A stretch of 46,364 bases of DNA from Nitrospiraceae bacterium (GTDB lineage: Bacteria > Nitrospirota > Nitrospiria > Nitrospirales > Nitrospiraceae): the NCBI GenBank assembly GCA_037442105.1, contig JBBIQV010000024.1, positions 1 through 46,364 of the forward strand, written 5' to 3'. The notes under the pieces are model-generated. The model was not told the DNA's origin and did no database searches. It worked only from the letters and a program-made list of their open reading frames with translations. Both the position numbers and the translations under genes were made by a program. Numbering within the stretch: the stretch's first letter is position 1; every line of letters begins with the position of its first letter. Below, piece by piece: positions 9,159 through 17,046 of this stretch.

Positions 9159-10754
9159 ATGATGAAAATTCTGGTGAGCGATAGCCTGTCGAAGCAGGGC
9201 GTAGAGATTTTGGAGAAGGCGGGATTTTCCGTCGCCGTCAAAACCAAGCTGCCTAAGGATGAATTGCTAAAAGAGGTCAAGGATGCCGATGGACTGATCG
9301 TCAGATCCGGCACCAAGGTGACGGCTGAAGTCATCGGCGCCGCGGAGCGCCTGAAGGTCGTGGGACGAGCCGGGTCCGGGTTGGACAACGTGGACACAGC
9401 GGCGGCGACTCGACGCGGGGTTGTCGTCATGAATACGCCTGGCGGCAACACCGTCACCACGGCCGAGCACACGCTCTCCATGATCTGCGCAATGACGAGG
9501 CGGATTCCTCAGGCGACGATTTCGATGAAAGCGGGTAAATGGGAAAAAGAACGCTTCATGGGGATCGAGCTCTACAACAAAACCTTGGGTATTGTCGGCG
9601 TCGGACAGATCGGCGGGTATCTCGCCAAGCTGGCCCAGGGAGTTGGTATGAATGTCGTCGCGTTCGACCCCTATTTGGCTGAGGAGCGCGCGCAGAAAAT
9701 GGGCGTCAGCATGGTTGAGCTGGATGAGCTGTTCCGCCGAGCCGACATCATTTCTGTCCATACGCCGCTGACTCCGGAAACCAAGTTCTTGATCAATGCC
9801 CAGGCGATCGCGAAGATGAAGGCGGATGTGATGATTGTCAACTGCGCTCGCGGTGGGATTATCCACGAGGGCGATCTGTATGAAGCGTTAAAGAACAGGC
9901 GAGTTGCAGCCGCGGCGTTCGACGTTTTTGAAGAAGAGCCGGTGAAACCAGACCATCCCCTGTTGGCGCTGGATAACTTTATCTGTACGCCGCACATCGG
10001 GGCTGCGACGACGGAAGCGCAGGAGAATGTGGCCGTCGGCATTGCGGAGCAAATCGTCGACTACTTCACCAAGGGGATTGCCAGGGGAGCCGTGAACATC
10101 CCCTCGGTCGCTCCCGAGTTGTTACCGCGCCTCCAGCCGTTCTTGGTGCTGGCAGAGAGGCTCGGCTTGCTCCAGATGCAACTCTGCGAGGGTGGGCTGG
10201 AGCGGGTGACCGTGGAATACAACGGAGAGGTCTCCGGCCTCGCGACCGCGCCGCTGACGGTGGCGGTGCTCAAGGGATTGCTCACGCCGATCATGGAAGA
10301 TCCTGTGAACTACGTAAACGCGCCGATTGTCGCGAAGGAACGCGGGATCGAAGTGAAAGAAGTGAAAAGCAGCGACGCGGGCGATTTCACCAGTGTGATC
10401 CGGGTTCGTGTCGAAGCGGGAAAGAAATCGCATCAGGTCGCGGGCACGCTCTACAGTCGCAAGGACCCGCGCGTCATCGAGATCGATCGGTTCAAAGTCG
10501 AAGTCGTTCCGGAAGGGCACATGTTGCTGATCCACAACATCGACCGGCCCGGCGTGATCGGCATGGTCGGGCAAGTGCTCGGGGATCACAATATCAATAT
10601 CGTGCGCATGCAGTGCGCCCTTGAGGAACGGGGCGGCAATGCTCTCCTCATTATTGGGTTTGATGCGGCGCTGCCGGCCGCGGTGCTCGACAAGATCAAG
10701 GCAAGCCCGAACATCCTTTCTGTGAAGGTCGCAGACCTGTCAAAAGGGCTCTAA
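9159..10754 (+). CDS. serA: D-3-phosphoglycerate dehydrogenase (long form with ASB and ACT domains)
   Basis: GRAGSGLDNVD, GIVGVGQIG NAD motif, NCARGG, TPHIGAAT, C-terminal ACT DRPGVIG. Confidence 0.96.
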   Translation: MMKILVSDSLSKQGVEILEKAGFSVAVKTKLPKDELLKEVKDADGLIVRSGTKVTAEVIGAAERLKVVGRAGSGLDNVDTAAATRRGVVVMNTPGGNTVTTAEHTLSMICAMTRRIPQATISMKAGKWEKERFMGIELYNKTLGIVGVGQIGGYLAKLAQGVGMNVVAFDPYLAEERAQKMGVSMVELDELFRRADIISVHTPLTPETKFLINAQAIAKMKADVMIVNCARGGIIHEGDLYEALKNRRVAAAAFDVFEEEPVKPDHPLLALDNFICTPHIGAATTEAQENVAVGIAEQIVDYFTKGIARGAVNIPSVAPELLPRLQPFLVLAERLGLLQMQLCEGGLERVTVEYNGEVSGLATAPLTVAVLKGLLTPIMEDPVNYVNAPIVAKERGIEVKEVKSSDAGDFTSVIRVRVEAGKKSHQVAGTLYSRKDPRVIEIDRFKVEVVPEGHMLLIHNIDRPGVIGMVGQVLGDHNINIVRMQCALEERGGNALLIIGFDAALPAAVLDKIKASPNILSVKVADLSKGL

Positions 10755-10770
10755 TCGCCTGCCAGCCACC

Positions 10771-12165
10771 ATGGCTCCTCCAGCCGCACCATCGCCCGTT
10801 GTCCCCGCTGCCGGGTCTCGACAAGTGCGGTCGCTAGTCCCTCAGGGGATGGCGACCATTCTTCCCCATACCGCCCGGCGAGTGCGGAGACTGGAAGAGG
10901 CCCTGCTATCGCAACTTGATCGATGGGGGTACGAAGAGATCATCCTCCCGACCTTTGAATATCTCGACGTGCTGGCGCCCGGCTTGGAGCCGGCGGTGAT
11001 CGAGCAATGTTTTCAGTTTGTGGACCGAACCACGGGGCGGATCCTATTGCTGCGGCCGGACGCGACGGCCCAGATTGCACGAACCGTGGCGATGGGGCTG
11101 ACCGGTTCGATGTTGCCGTTGCGATTGTCCTATCGGACGGCCGTGTTTCGATATGAGCCTGAACATGCAGGGCGCGATCGGGAGATTTTTCAGGTCGGGG
11201 CAGAACTCATCGGCGCGCAGGATGCCGGCAGCGACAGCGAGATCATCACGCTTATGGTGCAGTGTCTCCGTCAGGTGGGGCTTCCCGCATTCAAAGTCTC
11301 ATTGGGCCACGTCGGGTTTTTTAAGAATCTTCTGGCTCGTTCCGGCATGTCGGCTGATGCGCAAAAGCGGGCGGAACACGCCGCGGCGCGAAGGGATTTG
11401 CCTCGTCTTGAGGAGATCATCGCCCTGGAACGTGTTTCCGGAGCAGCCGCGCGCGGCATCCTGGCTGCTCCGGCACTGTGCGGCGGGGACCAGGTGCTCG
11501 AAGAGGGGCGGCGATTGGCCGGCAAGAGTGCGTCGTTGCGTGAGCCGCTCAATCGCTTGGCGACAGTCTATGACTTACTCGTGTCGGCCGGCCTCAAAGA
11601 CGTGCTGCTGCTCGACCTGGGAGAGTTCAGGGGGTTCGAGTATTATGATGGGGTCGTCTTCGATGTCTTCGCAGAAGGGGTCGGTTCCGAAGTGGGCGGT
11701 GGAGGACGGTATGATCACCTCATCGGCCGTTTCGGACGAGAGCTGCCCTCCACGGGATTTGCGCTCGATGTGGATCGGCTCTTTCGTGCGATGGCGCTGC
11801 CCGGCGACGGAACGATTCATGCGCGAGCGGATTACTTGTTGTCGGCTCCCTCTCGTCTCGTTCACCGGGTGGTCGAACTGGCCGCTCGTTTGCGTGAATC
11901 GGGTTGTCGGGTGATTCAGGGCAAGATGGGGCACCCACGCGTTCGTCCGGTTCAAGCGGCAATCGAAGAAGCTCGGAATCAGCGGGCCGCGGCAGCAGTG
12001 ATCGTCGGCGCGCCGGGCACGCGAAAGGATGAGGTCGTTGTGGTGGAGAACGTGCTCGCTGCACCGCCGATGCCGCCGGGCAGCCCGATCGAACGGTCTC
12101 TGTCGCTGAAGAGAGTGACGCTCGACTGGCTGATCAGTCGAGCGCGCGAGAGGCAGCAAGCATAA
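10771..12165 (+). CDS. hisZ: ATP phosphoribosyltransferase regulatory subunit (start uncertain)
   Basis: HisRS-like fold: PTFEY, LRPDATAQIAR, REIFQVGAEL, YYDGVVF, GGGRYD, TGFA. Confidence 0.9.
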   Translation: MAPPAAPSPVVPAAGSRQVRSLVPQGMATILPHTARRVRRLEEALLSQLDRWGYEEIILPTFEYLDVLAPGLEPAVIEQCFQFVDRTTGRILLLRPDATAQIARTVAMGLTGSMLPLRLSYRTAVFRYEPEHAGRDREIFQVGAELIGAQDAGSDSEIITLMVQCLRQVGLPAFKVSLGHVGFFKNLLARSGMSADAQKRAEHAAARRDLPRLEEIIALERVSGAAARGILAAPALCGGDQVLEEGRRLAGKSASLREPLNRLATVYDLLVSAGLKDVLLLDLGEFRGFEYYDGVVFDVFAEGVGSEVGGGGRYDHLIGRFGRELPSTGFALDVDRLFRAMALPGDGTIHARADYLLSAPSRLVHRVVELAARLRESGCRVIQGKMGHPRVRPVQAAIEEARNQRAAAAVIVGAPGTRKDEVVVVENVLAAPPMPPGSPIERSLSLKRVTLDWLISRARERQQA

Positions 12166-12179
12166 GGAGCTTCACGGCT

Positions 12180-13526
12180 GTGGCCGCAATCGATCTGACA
12201 GAGCCGAAACTTCCTCCGCAAAATCTCGAGGCCGAGCAGTCGGTACTGGGCGCGATCTTGCTCGACAACGCAGCCATGGCCAAGGCTATGGAACTGCTGA
12301 CCGAAGAGAACTTTTATCGATCGGCCCATCGCAAGATTTATCGAGCCATGCTGGAGTTGTCCGAAGTCGGAGAAGTCATAGACCAAATCACGTTGACGGA
12401 ACGACTCAAAGCAAAGGGGGACATCGAGTCCGTCGGCGGAGCCGCCTATCTCGCGGAGTTGGTCCAGGTCGTCCCGAGCTCAGCGAATGTTCGATATCAT
12501 TGCAAGATTGTGCGGGACAAGGCCGTGCTGCGGGAGCTGATCCATACGTCCACCGAGGTCATCACGCGAGGGTATGAGGGCACGGCGCCGGTCGATGACT
12601 TGTTGGATTTCGCGGAACGGTCCGTCTTTAGTATCGCGCAAGGAAAGCTCGACCGATCCTTCAGCCCGATCAATCAGATTATCAAGGAAAGTCTGGATCT
12701 CGTCGATAAGCTGTCCAAGCGAAAGGAACAGGTCACCGGCGTCCCAACCGGCTATTATGACCTTGATGAAGTAACGGCGGGCCTCCAAGCTTCCGACTTG
12801 ATTGTGATCGCAGGGCGGCCGAGCATGGGCAAAACGAGCCTCGCGCTCGGAATCGCGACCCATGCCGCGATTCACGCCGGCGCCGTCGTCGGTATCTTCA
12901 GCCTTGAGATGTCCAAACCGCAGATCGTCCTCCGGATGCTCAGTTCCGAGGCACGTGTCGACTCTCACGCGTTGCGGACGGGAAAGCTGCAAAAAGAAGA
13001 TTGGTGGCGGCTCGCTGAAGCGGCAGGCCGGCTGGAGCAGGCGCATATTTACATCGACGATACGGGGGGGATCACCGTGCAACAGATGCGCGGAAAGGCC
13101 CGCCGGTTGAAGGCTGAGCGCGGCTTGGATTTGTTGGTGGTCGACTATCTCCAGCTTATGCAGGGCCGCAGCGATTCAGAGTCGCGCCAGCAAGAGATTT
13201 CCGATATCTCCCGGTCCCTGAAGGCCTTGGCTAAAGAACTGAACGTCCCCGTGGTCGCGCTCTCGCAGCTCAGCCGCGCAGTGGAAGCGCGCAAACCGCC
13301 GATCCCGATGTTGGCGGATCTGAGGGAATCCGGCGCGATCGAACAGGATGCGGACGTCGTGATGTTCATTTATCGCGAAGATGTCTACGATCAGAATTCC
13401 GAGCGGAAGGGCATTGCCGATATTCTCGTGAGCAAACATCGGAATGGCCCAACCGGTAAGAGAGAGCTTTTCTTTCACGATCGCTTTGCGAAGTTTGAAA
13501 GCCTTGAGAATCGCGAAGTCGTTTGA
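12180..13526 (+). CDS. dnaB: Replicative DNA helicase
   Basis: PPQNLEAEQSVLG, GRPSMGKT, FSLEM, VDYLQL, LSQLSR, DLRESGAIEQDAD, KHRNGPTG. Confidence 0.97.
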   Translation: MAAIDLTEPKLPPQNLEAEQSVLGAILLDNAAMAKAMELLTEENFYRSAHRKIYRAMLELSEVGEVIDQITLTERLKAKGDIESVGGAAYLAELVQVVPSSANVRYHCKIVRDKAVLRELIHTSTEVITRGYEGTAPVDDLLDFAERSVFSIAQGKLDRSFSPINQIIKESLDLVDKLSKRKEQVTGVPTGYYDLDEVTAGLQASDLIVIAGRPSMGKTSLALGIATHAAIHAGAVVGIFSLEMSKPQIVLRMLSSEARVDSHALRTGKLQKEDWWRLAEAAGRLEQAHIYIDDTGGITVQQMRGKARRLKAERGLDLLVVDYLQLMQGRSDSESRQQEISDISRSLKALAKELNVPVVALSQLSRAVEARKPPIPMLADLRESGAIEQDADVVMFIYREDVYDQNSERKGIADILVSKHRNGPTGKRELFFHDRFAKFESLENREVV

Positions 13527-13552
13527 CGCTTCTTTCATTCGCTCGGTATAAT
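13523..13552 (+). promoter_or_regulatory. Sigma70 promoter overlapping the dnaB stop codon
   Basis: TTGACG-N18-TATAAT. Confidence 0.6.
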
Positions 13553-13601
13553 CATCTCAAGCTTCTACAATCCTTTTACATCTTTCCAGGTAGTAGCGTT
13601 C

Positions 13602-15470
13602 GTGCGATCCGACATCAACACAGCCCACTCGATCATCCGGACTCCGTCGGTTGATCCGCGCACACGGTGTATGTTGCTCCTCGCGGCGATTCCACTCCTT
13701 GTGGTGGCCTGCGCGGCTGCTCCACGCGGAGCAGCCACTCCCGCCGGCGCAAGCCCATCTGTTCCTGCAGCAACAAAACCGCAACCCGCGGTCGATTCGC
13801 GATCCGTCTACCACTTCATGCTGGGCTATCAGGCGGAAATGGCGCAGGACACGGAACAGGCTATCCGGGAATACGAAACTGCGCTCCAAACCGATCCTGC
13901 CGCACACTCCATCAAAACGAGATTGGCGGTGCTGTACTACTCGATGGGCGATCTGGCGTCGGCAGTCCGCTATGCCGGCGAAGCGGCCAAGGGCCAAGAG
14001 CTCGACAGCCACGCGTTCAGCCAGTTGGCGGGAGTGTATGCCGGAGCCGGACAGCACGAGCGCGCGCTCGCGCTCTTTGACCGCGCCATTCAGGCTGATC
14101 CTGGCAAGAGCGACCCGTATTTCTCGAAGGGCCTGTTGTTGCTCAACATGAAACAGATTGCCGAGGCCGAGCAGACGATTAAAGAGGGGATTGCCGTCGC
14201 GCCGGATTCTGCGGTGGGCTATTATCACTTGGCACGTGTGGGGGTTGAATCGAAGCAGTTCGACAGCGCGATCACGCATTTTGAACGGGCCATTGCCATC
14301 AATCCCTCGTTCGAGCCGGCCTATTTGGCGCTTGGAACGTTACATGAGGCTCGGCAGGAGAGGGAGAAAGCTGTTGCAGTCTACCGACGGTATCTGGAGG
14401 GCATCAACCCGCGTAATCGGGAGATCCGCCAACATTTGGTGCAGTTGCTTATTTCCGGAAAGGAGTACCAGGCGGCCCTGACCGAGCTGGAGCAGATGCT
14501 GGCCGAAACCCCTGATGATTTGGACGCACAGCTTCGAGTCAGCTTGATGTACGGGGAGCTCAAAGAATATCCAAAGGCCATTGAGCGACTCCAGCAGATT
14601 CTGGCGGTTCGTCCGGCGGAGCTGAAAGTCCGCGATTATTTGGGGTACCTCTTCGAAGAGAACAAGCAACAAGAGAACGCGCTCGAGGCGTACGAGTCCA
14701 ATCTCAAACTGGAACCGGCGTATTATGAGGGGCACCTGCACGCCGGCGTGCTCCTCTACCGGCTGAAACGCATGCCGGAGTCGATCGCTCATTTGCGCGA
14801 GGCGACCAAGCTCAACCCCAAACAGCCTGAATCCCATGTCGTACTAGGGTTGGCCTATTTACAGTCGGACCAGTTTGAGATGGCATCGCAGGCGTTTGAA
14901 GAAGGGATCCGGTTCAACCCGACGAATGCGGATTTGCATTTCAATCTGGGCACCGTGTACGACAAACTCAATCGGTTCGATGATGTCGTGCGCGTGATGG
15001 AGACGGCGCTGAAGCTCGATCCCCATCATGCCGATGCGCTCAATTACCTCGGATACAGCTATGCGGATCGCGGGATCAAAGTCGAGGAGGCGTTGTCGCT
15101 GACGAAGCAGGCAGTCGCGCTGAAGCCGGACAACGGTTATTACGTCGACAGCCTGGGGTGGGCGTTCTATAAGATGGGGCGTCTCGACGAGGCGCTTGCG
15201 GAGATCAAGCGTGCCGTGGCGTTGGTCGGCGATGATCCCGTCATTTTCGAACACCTCGGCGAAATCTACCTGAGACAGAATCTACTGCATGAGGCACGGG
15301 AGGCGTGGCTTCATTCGTTGGAACTGGACCCTTCGAATGCCAAATTGATCGAGCGCTTCAGAGAGCAGGGCATGGGGGATCCGGCCCAAGAGGAGCGAGT
15401 CCGCCGGGCCGTGCGGCGTGTCTCCGAGCAAAAGGCTGCTAAAAAGCCATCCCTGGATAGCATTCAGTAG
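13602..15470 (+). CDS. Multi-TPR lipoprotein
   Basis: Lipobox-like LVVAC; many TPR repeats; C-terminal ALNYLGYSYA / YVDSLGWAFY / EHLGEI motifs. Confidence 0.88.
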   Translation: MRSDINTAHSIIRTPSVDPRTRCMLLLAAIPLLVVACAAAPRGAATPAGASPSVPAATKPQPAVDSRSVYHFMLGYQAEMAQDTEQAIREYETALQTDPAAHSIKTRLAVLYYSMGDLASAVRYAGEAAKGQELDSHAFSQLAGVYAGAGQHERALALFDRAIQADPGKSDPYFSKGLLLLNMKQIAEAEQTIKEGIAVAPDSAVGYYHLARVGVESKQFDSAITHFERAIAINPSFEPAYLALGTLHEARQEREKAVAVYRRYLEGINPRNREIRQHLVQLLISGKEYQAALTELEQMLAETPDDLDAQLRVSLMYGELKEYPKAIERLQQILAVRPAELKVRDYLGYLFEENKQQENALEAYESNLKLEPAYYEGHLHAGVLLYRLKRMPESIAHLREATKLNPKQPESHVVLGLAYLQSDQFEMASQAFEEGIRFNPTNADLHFNLGTVYDKLNRFDDVVRVMETALKLDPHHADALNYLGYSYADRGIKVEEALSLTKQAVALKPDNGYYVDSLGWAFYKMGRLDEALAEIKRAVALVGDDPVIFEHLGEIYLRQNLLHEAREAWLHSLELDPSNAKLIERFREQGMGDPAQEERVRRAVRRVSEQKAAKKPSLDSIQ

Positions 15471-15493
15471 ACGTACAAGAGCTTTCCTCCCAG

Positions 15494-15508
15494 CGCCAAA
15501 TTTTGGCG
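15494..15508. promoter_or_regulatory. Palindrome, candidate enhancer-binding-protein (PilR-like) site
   Basis: CGCCAAA-T-TTTGGCG perfect dyad about 135 bp upstream of a sigma54 motif. Confidence 0.4.
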
Positions 15509-15640
15509 TCGCTTTCCCGTCGTTCATTCGGTTCCGGCACGCGTATTTTCACTTCTTTCTAGACTACCCGATATAACCTGCTATTTTTCTTTGTATATCT
15601 CGAATCTCCCCGGGATGGACTTTAGGGTTCAGGTTTCGGG

Positions 15641-15656
15641 TGGCATGGAATCTGCT
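15641..15656 (+). promoter_or_regulatory. Sigma54 (-24/-12) promoter of pilin 1
   Basis: TGGCATGGAATCTGCT fits GG-N10-GC, 31 nt before the ATG. Confidence 0.7.
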
Positions 15657-15687
15657 GCATGCGCCGCGGGTGAGGGGGGAGGCCTTA

Positions 15688-16176
15688 ATGACGAACGCAA
15701 GGATCAAGACTGACCAGGGATTCACCTTGATCGAGCTCATGATCGTGGTGGGCATCATTGGCATCCTGGCGAGCATCGCCATTCCCAGGTACCTGCAATG
15801 GCAGGCCAAGAGCGTCCAGTCCGAAGCAAAGGCCAACCTGGCCGGCGTGTATTCCGCTGAGATCGCATTCTTCGGTGAGAAGAATCGCTACAGTGGGTTC
15901 ACGGACATATCATTTCGCGTGGCGGGAGTAAATCAGCGGTACACCTACCGGGCAGTGCCGACAGATGCTGCGGGGAATCCACAGCCTGTCGAGGTCTTGC
16001 AGCCTGTCGCCGGTCCGACCGCAGACAATGGAACGTACCCCGCTGCCGTTTCGGCAACCGGTTTCACGGCGACGGCGACGGCGAATCTCGACAGTGATGG
16101 GACTCATGACGAGTGGCATATCAATGATGCGAAGGCCGATCTCCTTGTTCCAGACGCCAATGACGCTGCCACATAG
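15688..16176 (+). CDS. Type IVa pilin paralog 1
   Basis: Leader MTNARIKTDQG then [10 protein letters not shown] with Glu+5; RBS GGAGG; no Cys in the mature protein. Confidence 0.92.
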   Translation: MTNARIKTDQGFTLIELMIVVGIIGILASIAIPRYLQWQAKSVQSEAKANLAGVYSAEIAFFGEKNRYSGFTDISFRVAGVNQRYTYRAVPTDAAGNPQPVEVLQPVAGPTADNGTYPAAVSATGFTATATANLDSDGTHDEWHINDAKADLLVPDANDAAT

Positions 16177-16208
16177 GAGTTGTCGATGTATCCGAATGTT
16201 GACAATTC
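16177..16208. other. Imperfect inverted repeat right after the pilin 1 stop (RNA stem-loop or enhancer site for the pilA promoter)
   Basis: GAGTTGTCGATGT-ATCCGA-ATGTTGACAATTC pairs over 13 positions including G-U pairs. Confidence 0.4.
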
Positions 16209-16316
16209 TCGGCGCCATGTATCAACAAATGTGCCCAGGGGACTCTGCCGGCGATGGGTTTGCCCGGACGAGACTCGGAACCCTTTGAATTATTGAGGCC
16301 GTGCAACCGATTGTGG

Positions 16317-16332
16317 AGGCATAGAACCTGCT
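16317..16332 (+). promoter_or_regulatory. Sigma54 (-24/-12) promoter of pilA
   Basis: AGGCATAGAACCTGCT fits GG-N10-GC, about 100 nt upstream of the ATG. Confidence 0.65.
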
Positions 16333-16431
16333 TTTCTTTCCGGTCAGCAACTTCACAAAAGGCGGCGATGTGACAATGACATAAAAATGGAAGTGTGGAG
16401 ACGGTCGATAATCAACCATAAGGAGGAAGCG

Positions 16432-16935
16432 ATGTTAAAGAAATTGCAGAGTCAAAAGGGTTTCACGCTGATCGAGTTGATGATCGTCGTGGCAATCATC
16501 GGGATTTTGGCCGCGATCGCCATCCCGAACTTCCTGGCCTACCAGGCAAGGGCCAAGCAATCGGAAGCCAAGACGAACCTCGGAGGGATCTACACCTCAG
16601 AGGTCGGGTATTTCGGGGAATACAGCACCTACACCGATGTGATTGTTAACTTGGGGTATGCAGTCGCCGGTACGTCCGGGCGGTATGAATTTGCTTTAGG
16701 GACCGCCGCAGCCAATAAGGTTGGGAACTCAACAGCTAGCAACACTTGCGCTGGCCAGACTATCCCCGTATCTCCGTCGGGTAACGTGGGGATCGGTCCC
16801 GGAACCGGCACTCCTACATCCCTAGCAACTATGTTCACAGCCGGCGCGATCGGCAACATTGATAATGATGCCGCCTGCGATGCGTGGACGATCAACAATG
16901 ACAAGACCCTAGTCAATAGCGCGAATGACGTGTAA
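16432..16935 (+). CDS. pilA: Major type IVa pilin
   Basis: Strong RBS TAAGGAGG; leader [10 protein letters not shown] then [24 protein letters not shown]; two Cys (mature C96, C139); strong downstream hairpin. Confidence 0.93.
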   Translation: MLKKLQSQKGFTLIELMIVVAIIGILAAIAIPNFLAYQARAKQSEAKTNLGGIYTSEVGYFGEYSTYTDVIVNLGYAVAGTSGRYEFALGTAAANKVGNSTASNTCAGQTIPVSPSGNVGIGPGTGTPTSLATMFTAGAIGNIDNDAACDAWTINNDKTLVNSANDV

Positions 16936-16957
16936 ACGTTGATCAGGGCGTTTTACT

Positions 16958-16998
16958 GGGGTGGGGATACTTATAAGTATCCCCACCCCGTGTTCTTT
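16958..16998 (+). terminator. Terminator or stabilising hairpin after pilA
   Basis: Perfect 32-bp palindrome GGGGTGGGGATACTTA/TAAGTATCCCCACCCC (16958-16989) followed by GTGTTCTTT. Confidence 0.75.
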
Positions 16999-17046
16999 AT
17001 GCCTGTGTTCTTGTTAGCTTGTCTGGCCTTGTATCTGCCCAGTGTG

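Noticed and set aside
16432..16935. PilA as a conductive e-pilin
   Set aside because: N-terminal aromatics are present, but the total is 8.3% with a 47-aa aromatic-free gap
16939..17046. Extended start of the OTase-like ORF
   Set aside because: It runs through the pilA terminator palindrome and is unlikely to be translated
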